DNA of 64,000 bases from Candidatus Latescibacterota bacterium (lineage in GTDB: Bacteria; Latescibacterota; UBA2968; UBA8231): positions 64,001 through 128,000 of the forward strand of contig CBDAOB010000002.1 of assembly GCA_965197905.1 (NCBI GenBank), in the 5' to 3' direction. Positions 50,052 through 60,246 of the stretch are shown piece after piece; the stretch's first letter is position 1; each line of letters begins with the position of its first letter. Position numbers and translations under genes: made by a program. Under the pieces are notes generated by a model. The model searched no databases. It was not told the origin of the DNA and saw nothing but the letters and a program-made list of their open reading frames with translations.

Positions 50052-51260
50052 ATGAGCGCACCTGTTACCATCAAAGACGTCAAGACGATCATGACGGAGC
50101 CGCCAGGTACCCGCCGCTTGATCGTCGTCAAGATCATCACCTCCGAGGATGGTCTCTACGGGCTTGGATGTGCCACCTTCACTCAGCGTTTTCGAGCGGT
50201 GCACACTGCCATCGAACAGCATTTGAAGCCGGCGCTGATCGGCCGCGACGTCGATCGCATCGAGGAGACCTGGCAGCAGATGATGGTAGGCGGGTACTGG
50301 CGCAACGGACCCGTCTTCAACAACGCTATCTCGGGCGTCGATCAGGCTCTGTGGGATATCAAAGGTAAACGCGCCGGCATGCCCGTCTACCAACTGCTGG
50401 GGGGCAAATGTCGCGAAGCTGCCGTCTGTTATTCGCACGCCGGGGGGGATTCGCCCGAAGCGGTAGTAGACAACATGCGGGAGCGGATGGAAGAAGGATA
50501 TTGCTACCTGCGACTGGACATGGGTGGTCCGGAAGGTGGGGGAGGAAACATCGTGAAACCGGAAGGGGCGCCGGACGGCAGCTACTACAACCCGCGCGGT
50601 TACGTCCGCGGTCACTTGAAGTTGCTGGAATACCTGCGCAAAGAGCTCGGCCCCGAGATCGAGGTGATGATCGATGTCCACGAACGTCTGCGCCCCAGCG
50701 AAGCGGTGAGCTTGGCCAAGGCGGCGGAGCCGTTCGATCTGTTCTTTCTGGAGGATCCGCTGGCACCGGAAGATCTGGATTGGTTCCGCAACATTCGCCA
50801 GGTATGCAGCACGCCGATCGCGATGGGGGAACTCTTCAACCATCCACTGGAGTGGCGGCCACTCATCCAGGATCGACTGATCGACTTCATCCGCATGCAC
50901 GTCAGCCAGATGGGGGGTATCACACCGGCGCGCAACATTGCCGCCTTCGCCCACATCTATGGAGTGCGCACCGCATGGCATGGACCGTCCGACACCTCGC
51001 CGGTGGGGCACGCCGCCAATCTGCACCTGGATCTGTGGGCACCGAATTTCGGAATTCAGGAATGGTGCCGCTTCCCTGAGCTTATCTATGAGATCTTTCC
51101 CGGTCTACCGCAGGTGCGCAACGGTTACATGTATCCGAATGACAACCCAGGTCTGGGTATCGACGTGGACGAGAAGCTGGCTGCGAAATACCCCTGTGCC
51201 GATAGGCTGGATAGCTGGGGCAGCAGGAGGTTGCCGGACGGGACTCCTGTACGGCCCTGA
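50052..51260 (+). CDS. enolase-superfamily acid-sugar dehydratase, RspA/ManD (mannonate/gluconate dehydratase)-like
   Basis: GLGCATFTQR, YWRNGP, DVHERL, FLED, AMGELF, AWHGPSDTSPVG. Confidence 0.88.
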   Translation: MSAPVTIKDVKTIMTEPPGTRRLIVVKIITSEDGLYGLGCATFTQRFRAVHTAIEQHLKPALIGRDVDRIEETWQQMMVGGYWRNGPVFNNAISGVDQALWDIKGKRAGMPVYQLLGGKCREAAVCYSHAGGDSPEAVVDNMRERMEEGYCYLRLDMGGPEGGGGNIVKPEGAPDGSYYNPRGYVRGHLKLLEYLRKELGPEIEVMIDVHERLRPSEAVSLAKAAEPFDLFFLEDPLAPEDLDWFRNIRQVCSTPIAMGELFNHPLEWRPLIQDRLIDFIRMHVSQMGGITPARNIAAFAHIYGVRTAWHGPSDTSPVGHAANLHLDLWAPNFGIQEWCRFPELIYEIFPGLPQVRNGYMYPNDNPGLGIDVDEKLAAKYPCADRLDSWGSRRLPDGTPVRP

Positions 51261-51371
51261 CTTCGATCGAGCACCTTTGAAGCCGCTAACATTCGACATG
51301 GAACGCAGAAGAAAGAGTTGAGCTGGGTTGCGCGCCCACTTCAGGCAATAACGCCCAAGATTAATCAGCCC

Positions 51372-53318
51372 CTATCTAAGGGACCGGTAGCGCCTTACGT
51401 CCTTCAGGATGGCTCCGGTGAAGTTATGCAGACCTCCGGAACCTCCTGGCACATCTCCAAAGACAGGCACAGTGTTGAACGGGCGCCATTGATCCGCGCG
51501 GCCTTCCAACAGGACGCTGCCGTCCAACGCTATGAGAACTCTCGTTCGCAGTCCTTCAGCTTCAGACGCGTCAAAGCGCGCCCAAAAGGGATGTTCCGGC
51601 GGAGGGTAAAACGAACCCAGATCCAGGGTTAGTTTGTGTGGAGCGGCCGCATCGACTGTCACCGGGTCAGACTCGGCGCGCGACCCCCTCCTCTTGTGGA
51701 AACCAATGACGATCTGGGTGTCATTGAGCCGGCGCCAGTAAACAAGGTTGCAGAACTTTGCTCGGCCCGTGGCAACCAGCACTTCCTCTCTTTCTGATGA
51801 GATGTCAATCGGAAACCTGAGATCCAGTTCGAGCCGTTCGATGATGGCGTCCCCCGACCAACCGGTGTAATGCGCCGCCGCATTGGCCCACAGCGCTACG
51901 CGGGTAAGGTACGGAGAGGAACGCCCCGGAGACACGGAGCACGCAGCCAGGAACGTCGTGACTAGCGTTGCCACAAGCATCACAGACCAAGCCGCGTACG
52001 CGAGTCGGCGCCAAACAGCATTCCCTCGCCAACGATCAACGACAACGAGCAGACCTACTGCCGCGAGCACGGCCAGCAAAGACGCCAACTCCATCTCGTA
52101 GCGCACCGTAACCGCGAGGTACATGGAAAGCAAACCAAGGATAGCCGCGAAACCGGCTACAACTATCACAACCAATCGTTTCAACCCGGCCACGCGCAGC
52201 GCCGGAAGCGACAAGGCGGACACCCAAAGAAGCGGCAGCAATGGAAGCAAACCGAAGACATCCTCGACTTCTCGGCTTTCCACGGGCAGACTATCTGCGG
52301 CGGACGGCAGTAGGAACGGAAAATAATCGGTGGTAACCGGTGGGGCGAAGAGATACATGCCGACGCCGAACGGAACATGCCGGAGTGCGAATAACGACGA
52401 ACCAATCGGATCATCATTCAACTGGTAGCGCACACCGAATTCGAATGGGTCATCGAAACGCGCGAAATTGAGGAGGAGGACGACGAAGACGCATACCGCG
52501 ACAGGCATCGTAGCATGTCCCACCAACTTTTGGAAGTGCGTGGTTCGCCACTCGCTCCGCATATCCCACACTGCCGCGAACAAAACCGGAGAGACGACGA
52601 TCCAGGAGGGGCGGGAGGCGACGGCCAGGCCGAAGGCCAGGCTCGCGACAGTCAGCGGAGTCGCGCGCAGCGCCGGTGGCCGGCAAAGAGCTACCGCAAG
52701 CTGCCACCAGAACAGCGACGTGAAAGCATAGGCGGCAACGATCGACACTTCGTAGACCGATGGCCGCTGAAGAACAACAGCGGCGAAGTTGCCAACCCCC
52801 AACGCCAAGAGCAGGGAAAAACGAATGGCTGAACCCGTGCGAGGGAAAAACTGGCGGATAACATGCAGCAAAAATAGGGATGCGAACAACCACCCAGCCA
52901 CCGTGAAGAACAACACGGCCCAGGCCGTGTCGAGACCCTGACCGGTCAGCAATCGCCACGGAAGAAACACCACCAGGGCGGGAGCAGGCCCCCAGTACAT
53001 GTACAGCCGACCGCCGTAGAAACTGAGGTCATGAACACCTCGTTCGCGGGCGTATCGAAAGGACCGGTTGGCCTCGGGATCGTAGGGGTCAGGCAGAACC
53101 TTCAAGCCATCCGCTACAGGCACGGGTAGATCGAGACGTCCCTGCAGCCAGCCCTCGACCATCAAGGGAAAGTACTCGTGTGACGGATAAACCGCGTGGT
53201 CCCCCGGTGCCGGGTCTGGCACTACCGCCCACCCCCAGAAACCAGCGAGCAAGACGCCCGCCAAGAGCAGGACCAGCGGGTCACGGCGTCGATTGCCGAT
53301 GGCGGTGCCAGGCGCCAT
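51372..53318 (-). CDS. polytopic membrane protein, possibly GT-C-type glycosyltransferase
   Basis: Multiple TM segments; DLSFYGGRLYMYWGPAPAL, LAVASRP, NFARFDDPFEFG, VRYEMEL; soluble C-terminal domain. Confidence 0.6.
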   Translation of the reverse strand: MAPGTAIGNRRRDPLVLLLAGVLLAGFWGWAVVPDPAPGDHAVYPSHEYFPLMVEGWLQGRLDLPVPVADGLKVLPDPYDPEANRSFRYARERGVHDLSFYGGRLYMYWGPAPALVVFLPWRLLTGQGLDTAWAVLFFTVAGWLFASLFLLHVIRQFFPRTGSAIRFSLLLALGVGNFAAVVLQRPSVYEVSIVAAYAFTSLFWWQLAVALCRPPALRATPLTVASLAFGLAVASRPSWIVVSPVLFAAVWDMRSEWRTTHFQKLVGHATMPVAVCVFVVLLLNFARFDDPFEFGVRYQLNDDPIGSSLFALRHVPFGVGMYLFAPPVTTDYFPFLLPSAADSLPVESREVEDVFGLLPLLPLLWVSALSLPALRVAGLKRLVVIVVAGFAAILGLLSMYLAVTVRYEMELASLLAVLAAVGLLVVVDRWRGNAVWRRLAYAAWSVMLVATLVTTFLAACSVSPGRSSPYLTRVALWANAAAHYTGWSGDAIIERLELDLRFPIDISSEREEVLVATGRAKFCNLVYWRRLNDTQIVIGFHKRRGSRAESDPVTVDAAAPHKLTLDLGSFYPPPEHPFWARFDASEAEGLRTRVLIALDGSVLLEGRADQWRPFNTVPVFGDVPGGSGGLHNFTGAILKDVRRYRSLR

Positions 53319-53323
53319 CGACC

Positions 53324-54112
53324 CTACGCTGCCTCTTCGAACGGCTTCGCAATCTCTTTTACGTGATTGAACGACGTAGTCTGTATCAACTCCACAGTCT
53401 CCGGCGACAAGCGAGCTTTGATCTCTTCCGGAATAGAATCCGGGTTGCCGTAATGCTGCGGCGTAAAACGCAACACCAGCGCGCGACGAACACGGTCGGT
53501 TGGCTGCCACGGCATCGTCCCGTGGGTCAGCAGCTCCGAGATGATCACCACGTCGCCGGCTTTCGGGGTGATGTTCTCCACACCTTCCGGCAAATCACTG
53601 GTCACCAGCTTCTCGTAGAAGAGACCGCTGGGGCGCGGAAACTCCGCCTTGTGGGATCCCGGAACGACCACGAGACCGCCATCTCCCGGACGCACGTCGT
53701 CGAAATAGGGAAAAACCACCAGGTCGTCGCAAAAGATCTCGCCGTTCCTGACGGCATAGCGAGTGGCCCCCCAGCCGAAATGCTCCCGGGCACAGTGCAA
53801 TTTGCTCTCGGAAGGGCGCTTGTGGTCGGCGATGAGGGATCCTCTCAGAAGCCGGGGTCTGTTCTGAGTCAGTCCGCACACAATCGGGAATATGCCGGGG
53901 TGCAGCGGCAATCTCTCCAAACATTTGTCGAAGGCGAAACCGTGTTCGTGCAGCCAACCCTTGTGCTCGAAGCCCGGAGGCAGATCTTCGTCGGGGGTGT
54001 CCATATATCGGGCGGTCGCCTCGCGGCAGCTTTCCAATTCCTCGGCGATGAGCACCCCCTTCAGATGCAGATAACCTCTGACGTCGAATAGGTACTTCTG
54101 CTCCGGTGTCAT
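53324..54112 (-). CDS. PhyH family Fe(II)/2OG oxygenase
   Basis: MTPEQKYLFDVRGYL, GGLVVVPGSHK, KAGDV..SELLTHGTMPW..RR. Confidence 0.88.
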   Translation of the reverse strand: MTPEQKYLFDVRGYLHLKGVLIAEELESCREATARYMDTPDEDLPPGFEHKGWLHEHGFAFDKCLERLPLHPGIFPIVCGLTQNRPRLLRGSLIADHKRPSESKLHCAREHFGWGATRYAVRNGEIFCDDLVVFPYFDDVRPGDGGLVVVPGSHKAEFPRPSGLFYEKLVTSDLPEGVENITPKAGDVVIISELLTHGTMPWQPTDRVRRALVLRFTPQHYGNPDSIPEEIKARLSPETVELIQTTSFNHVKEIAKPFEEAA

Positions 54113-54269
54113 ACTTAACTCCATTGAAAATAGTTAGTTGAAAACTTGGTCTTGAGTGGCTTGTCCATAAAGAGTCCATAAACTCGCGCAAATCTGCCAA
54201 ATAATGGATTGCAAGAAAAGGAACTGACCAAGACATGCAAACAGAATCGGCGCCAGCGGCGTCCGAACT

Positions 54270-54455
54270 CCCGCCGTGGGCTGGTTTGTCCGAAAGGACC
54301 TGGGGGCCAAGGATTAGCCAGCGAAGGAGCAAAACGAATCGTCGATTTTGGGTTTCGAGAGCTGGAAATGGACAAGATCTCGGCATAGTGTATCGAGGAG
54401 AACACGGTATCTGAACGAATCATGCAAAAGCTAGGCATGACCAAGGAGGCCAGGT
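54270..54455 (+). pseudogene. RimJ/RimL-type GNAT acetyltransferase C-terminal remnant
   Basis: Own translation: VGWFVRKDL/(frameshift)GQGLASEGAKRIVDFGFRELEMDKISA*CIEENTVSERIMQKLGMTKEAR; in-frame TAG at 54386. Confidence 0.7.
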
Positions 54456-54523
54456 CTCGGATCCGGCGTCCTGCTGCAGAGTCTTCTCGCGAGTATTCAC
54501 CGTTGAATATTACGTTCCGGACA

Positions 54524-57273
54524 ATGGTACGACGTAACTTACTGTATCTGTGGCAAAACACACGGTTGGCGAAGAGGTCATTCGTTCCAGCATTAAGAAT
54601 AGTTCTCATCGTACTTCCTCTATGCGCAACATCCTTGGACGCCCTGCGGGAACAAGCGCCAGGGCAAGGCCGGCATGAGGTTCTACCAACGCGATCCTTC
54701 CTGCGCTGGGAGCGACCTTCCTATGGCAACTTTGCCTTCGAACAATATACCAACTATCCAAACCATTTTTGGCCCTATGAGGACACACCGAGAGCTCTCT
54801 ATGATCCGTTTGGAAACCACGTAATTACGGGGTTCGATTCACACCAATGGTTAGAGCTCCGAACGCCAGGCCTTTCTTGTGCCCGTCCGATACGACGAGG
54901 CCAGAAGTGCGGCAGTTTAGTGCATGGAATAGGGACTGTCGTAACCCGGGGTTCCCATGGCGAATGGGGTTATGCGGCCGTCATCGGACCAAATGGGGGT
55001 GCCCGCCTATCACCCCTGACCCTTTCCATGACTTCCTTCAACGGTTTTCGAGTGGATCTGACTTCACGCCATCTGGATACAACGATTCTAGGCTCCCGCA
55101 TTGACCGGCCCGGTGGAGGTGAAGTCGACGATGCGAACCTGTTACTCGGTTCCAGAGTGCAGGTGCGTGTAGGAGCACTCCAGATCGGTCTCAACGGTGG
55201 CAATATTCATACGTACCAGAGCACCAAGCCTGGAAACAGCGTTAAAGGCCGGCTTCATTCCGAGCAACCAATTATCGACTGGATCGTGGTACGTTTTGAA
55301 GATGATTCGCCTGCAGACGGAACCGGCGGTGCCGTTGTTCAATCCGCTCAGCTTATAGTTAATGGGAAACCTCGGCCTGACTTGGTGCCCGAAGTGATCA
55401 GGCACCAATCGGGTATTAAGGCGCAGGTTGGAAATCCCTCGGCGGTGACGGGACACTTTCTTGGACTTCCGTACGCTAGCATAGGCCAGGATAACCTAGC
55501 GCAGTCCGCGTATTATTCGAATCAGACGATCCCGCTTTTCGCTGACTATTTCTACCGCCTTGACCACGAAAGGGGCAGAGACGTGGCTCCGTTCACGAAT
55601 CTCGGTAGTCTCTTGTCGAACTTACAGCTGTCATCTCCCGGAGAAATACTGATTGCAGATGGTGGAGACCAACTCAACTTCCTGTTCAACGTGTCCGATG
55701 AGCCGATGGTCGAATCCGTTTCCGTCGAGGCGCTGCTCGCTGGTGACTACCGCGTCAGCGTAGCGACTGTATCTCAGATAAGCACTAACGAAAGATGGGA
55801 GTATCGCTTCCGCAGCACGTTTCTGAAAACAGTTCTACGAGCGCCAGGAAACGTGCAAGACGGCACGAATCTGGAACGCCGGCGCTTCGAGATCGGTGAA
55901 CACACATCAATTTTCACCTATAGCTCCGACTTAACCGTAGAGGTTCCGGGACTCGTTATCAACGCGGAGTATGCAGGTTCGACCGTTTGGTCCAGGTATC
56001 CCGCTGCGTTGGGCGCGCCCAACCGCCAGAGGGTTTTCAATCAAGGTAGGCGATTTGCAGAGCGTGGCAGCGCCTATTTCATCAATGCGGTTCACTGGTC
56101 CGAGGGTGGTAACCTGGGCGCAGAAATCTTCTCAATGCACCCTGATTTCCAGACCAATATGCGCAACTATTCGCATTCCTTTGACAACAAGACCGCTTTC
56201 TGGCGCTTGGTAGAGGACAACGAGGACGCTGATTATTATGCCGATTACGACTACTTCCAATTGGACCCAACAGGAGTTTTGCTTGATCAGGACAACGATC
56301 GGGACGGTATCCCCGACACCAACCGAAACCTCAATGAATTGCTGGATTACGAGGAGCCGTTTCTAGCATTTTACGCGGATCCCAACAGGTACGTGTATGG
56401 TCTGGATCGCAACCACAATGATGAGCCAGATCGTCGCGAGGATGATCTCGATCCGGACTATCCGTACGACTTTGACCAAAAGGGCTTTCACCTATTTGGA
56501 CAGATAAACCTGACGCCTCATTGGGGCTTGGCGTCGGGGCTTTTCTCGATCAGGGAGCTGGCAGGAGCGGGGCGCAACCGAGCTACCTACCTCTTGATGA
56601 CCTATCGCCGAGAAGACCCTATGTAAACGAGTTTTACGCCGATGCCCGGATTAGGCCATGGGCGTCTTTGTCATTGGATCACACAGTCCGGTATAGATCG
56701 AACTGGCAAAGGGCCGGGAGATCCATTAGCGGCAATGTGCAAAGAGAGCGGCGACTTGACTTCCTGACCTTGGTTAGTCGCTCGGAGTTTATCAAGCACT
56801 TTTACAAGGCAAAGCTCACTTTGCAGCACAAACTAATGCTTCTTCGAGATGTCGATCGCACGTCCAACCTGGTCCTACGTTCCGAGACCCAGTCAATGCC
56901 AATTGTTCGGGTGGAATTCCCTCTTACATCGCGAACCGCACTGCGCTTTGGTGCCCATGGCATTGGACCTTTGCCTCATAGAGCATTGTGTACAGGATGT
57001 GGCCAGTTTGGCAGATTGTGTACAGGATGTGGCCAGTTTGGCAGAACCAATTCGCTCTTGCGCCGGGACTCTGCGAGTTTCAAGCAGCATACGCTGATCG
57101 CCTCCGTAAACAACCAGTCGCAATATTCTGGATACGAGCTCCATACAGTCATCGGTTTTGAGAAGAGCCGAAAGCGTTTTGATAACTCTCTATATTCCAA
57201 CAGTGAGTTTGATAGTTGGACGATTTTTGTTCGAGGGTTAGTGGGCTTTGGCATATACGCGCAGCTGTTATGA
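54524..57273 (+). pseudogene. large secreted/outer-membrane hypothetical protein with Asp-rich Ca-binding-like repeats, broken at ~56615
   Basis: Signal-peptide-like start; DQDNDRDGIPD and DRNHNDEPD motifs; amphipathic beta-strand-like C-terminal part continues in another frame (YVNEFY...FGIYAQLL*). Confidence 0.6.
56985..57045 (+). repeat. perfect 30-bp tandem duplication
   Basis: ATTGTGTACAGGATGTGGCCAGTTTGGCAG x2 (+A), encoding LCTGCGQFGR twice. Confidence 0.95.
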
Positions 57274-57503
57274 ATACGAAGGGAGCCGCTCAGTGGTTGG
57301 TTGCCTCGTTACGTGTATTGAGGGAACATGTCTCTTAGGGATCCTCTGTCTAACCAAGTGACACTAGGCAACTATAATGCGACAAATAGGTCACTGGGGC
57401 AGGTGGCAACACTGGGGCGAGCGCTCCCGGTCTCCTTGACCCGGAGCCGCAAAACCCCGTCGATGCGCGTTGTCGGCCGAAACGAACTAGGGAGTGTACA
57501 TCG

Positions 57504-59163
57504 ATGACCGTCATGAGCGGGAAGCGAGCGATGATGCAGATGCTCAAGGCAGAGGGCGTTGGCTACATCTTCGGCAACCCGGGCACCAGCGAAAGCGCCA
57601 TGATGGACGCACTCGAGGAGTTCCCGGATCTGGAATACATCCTGGTCACCCAGGAGGGCGTCGGTGTCGGAATGGCCGATGCCTATGGTCGCCTGGCCGG
57701 TCGGCCAGCCTTCCTCAACCTGCACATCGAAACCGGCCTGGCCAACGCCATCAGCCTGCTCTACAACGCCAACGACGGCGGTTCGCCGATGGTTGTCACT
57801 TCCGGCAACAAGGACATTCGGGAACTGGCCGTCGAACACACCGACCTGGCTGCCATGGTCGCCCAGTTCACAAATGGTCCGCCGAGGCCACCCGTCCGGA
57901 GCAGGTACCCTTTCTGCGCCACGCCTTTCAGGTGGCCAAGTCGCCCCCTCCCGGTCCTACATTCGTAGGCTTTTCCGCCAACGCGATGGACGAAGAAGCG
58001 GAGTTCGACCTGTTCCCGTCCCAGGGCTTACTCTCGCACCGCCCCGGACCCGGATGCTGTTGAAGCAGCCGCCCGCATCCTGGCAGAGTCGGCCAACCCG
58101 CTGATGATCGTCAGCGACCGCATCGCCAGGAGCGGTCGCCGAAGCGGTGCGCCTGGCCGAGCTAGTTGGTTGCCCGGTGCATCATACGATCATGCATTCG
58201 GAGTACAACTTCCCTCACCACCATCCACAATTCAGAGGCATACTGCGGTTGGCTTTCCCCGAGGTCGAGGAGGTGGTCAACGGCGCCGACGCGGTGCTGT
58301 TCATCGGCAAGTTCGCCACAGGCTTCTACATGTTCTCGCAACCCCGGTTGGACTTTTTCCATCGCTGCCCGAAACTGATCCATATCGACACCGATCCGAC
58401 CCAGGTGGGCACGACCCAGCGCACCGAAGTCGGCATCGTCGTCGATCCGAAGAGCACCCTGGCGGCGCTGGCCGACGCACTGGAGGACGGTCTGCCGGCA
58501 GAGGTTAAGGAAGCGGCAGCGGCACGGATCTCGGCTATGACTGAAGAGAAACAAAGGCTGCGGATGCATCGGGATTCGCAGCTCGAATCCCATTGGGACG
58601 ATGCACCGATGAGACCGGAACGTATGGCCCACGAGATCGCTCAGGCATGCCCGGAGAACGCGCTCATTGGCGACGATTCCGTCACTTCTCGCGAGGCCGT
58701 GAAGCAGGCTTTTCTCGACAGCTCTCAACGACTCGTCGGCGCCCGTGGCAGCGCCCTGGGTTGGGGAATGGGTGGCACCCTGGGCGTCAAGCTGGCTCGT
58801 CCCGACCAGCCGGTCATCGGCATTCTTGGAGACGGCAGCGCCATGATGACGGTCCAGGGACTGTGGACGGCGGCCGCCTACGACATCCCGGTCGTCTATG
58901 TCGTCTGCAACAACGGCATGTACCGGGTCCTGAAGATCAACATGAACGCCTACAAGACGCTAATTGAGGGCCAGGAGCAGCCGGCCAGCAACTACATCGG
59001 GATGGATTTCCCGGTACCGTTCGACCTGGCCGCCATCGCCCGGGGGATGGGCGTCTACGGTTGCCGCCTCGAAGACCCGGCACAGATTCGACCGGAGATC
59101 GAAAAGGCACTCGATTCGGGCAAACCGGCCCTGCTGGATGTGTTAATCGACGGGACAGTCTGA
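57504..59163 (+). pseudogene. thiamine-diphosphate enzyme (benzoylformate decarboxylase/acetolactate synthase-like) with at least three frameshifts
   Basis: IFGNPGTSE, QEGVGVGMAD, TKWS, GPTFV, ALGWGMG, GDGSAMM..NN; frame changes at ~57872, ~58027 and ~58130. Confidence 0.8.
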
Positions 59164-59244
59164 CACACTCCCTCCTCGGGCAGGAGATGCGGAACGCCGT
59201 GCCATCCGGGTTCTTGACGTCGAATAGTACTTCTGGGTGTCATT

Positions 59245-60246
59245 TCACCCCACCTTCTGTGCATTGCCTGATTCTCCAGACTTTATGAGCGCATCTAGCA
59301 CACCCAGTATTTCCAGGTTATTACGACCGCTGGTTTCCGGCTCCTGCCCGCCTCGAACCCAAGAGGCAAAAGACAACGCGACCTGCGCGTCCATGGAGCG
59401 GTCCAAGTCGCCGTCGATCGGATGAGGCTGCAAACCCGCTGAGCTGTCCTCTCCGATGAAGATCGTCTCTTCGCCACCCATGCAGCGCGTATTCCTCATT
59501 ACCACGGCCGCTTTTTCGCATTCGATGCGGAATTCACAGCCGTGGGTGCGGGAGTCGGAGGTGGAGACCATCACCACGCGACACCCGTTGCGCATGGTGA
59601 TCTCCGCGGTTACTGTCGACTCTCGACTCCAGGTTGTCCGCGGCGGTTTGTAAGCATGCCCGAATACCTCGACCGCTGGTTGGTTCAGCATGGAGATGAT
59701 GGAATCCACCTCGTGCACGGTCATCTGCCACAGCTGTGAGTAGGGTGAATCGGGATATTCGCTGCCCCGCGACTTGTAGCCAAGAAAATGCGCACACTGC
59801 GGTTCGCCGTATGTGTTTTCCCGCATCAACCTGCGGATGGTGCGTTGGGCGGGCATATAACGCCACTGTTGGTTGATCACGACCTTGCGCTCGCGGCTTT
59901 CTGCCAGATTCAGCAAGCGTTTGGCCGGCTCCAGCTCCAGCACAAACGGTTTCTCCACCAGCAGATGTTTGTCCGCCAGCAAAGCCTGCTCAACCAGCGG
60001 CTCGTGAGAGCGGGCCCAGGTAGCGATGACAACGCCATCGCAGGAGGTTCTTACGAGCGCCTCGTCGAACGAAGTGTACCCCAGGCTCTGGGGCAGGGAG
60101 AACTCTTCCAACACGGTGTTCAAGAGTTCCGCGTTTAGATCGACCACGCCCACCAGCTCGAACTGCTCTTGCATCGCGGTCAGGTTGCGTATGTGAGACT
60201 TCCCACGCCCAAGTCCCACGACGATCATGCGCATCGGGTCGGCCAT
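59245..60246 (-). CDS. Gfo/Idh/MocA family oxidoreductase
   Basis: IVVGLGRG, HLLVEKP, QQWRY, QMTVHEVD. Confidence 0.88.
   Translation of the reverse strand: MADPMRMIVVGLGRGKSHIRNLTAMQEQFELVGVVDLNAELLNTVLEEFSLPQSLGYTSFDEALVRTSCDGVVIATWARSHEPLVEQALLADKHLLVEKPFVLELEPAKRLLNLAESRERKVVINQQWRYMPAQRTIRRLMRENTYGEPQCAHFLGYKSRGSEYPDSPYSQLWQMTVHEVDSIISMLNQPAVEVFGHAYKPPRTTWSRESTVTAEITMRNGCRVVMVSTSDSRTHGCEFRIECEKAAVVMRNTRCMGGEETIFIGEDSSAGLQPHPIDGDLDRSMDAQVALSFASWVRGGQEPETSGRNNLEILGVLDALIKSGESGNAQKVG

Noticed and set aside
56985..57045. 30-bp repeat as a CRISPR array
   Set aside because: Only two directly adjacent copies, no spacers, no cas genes
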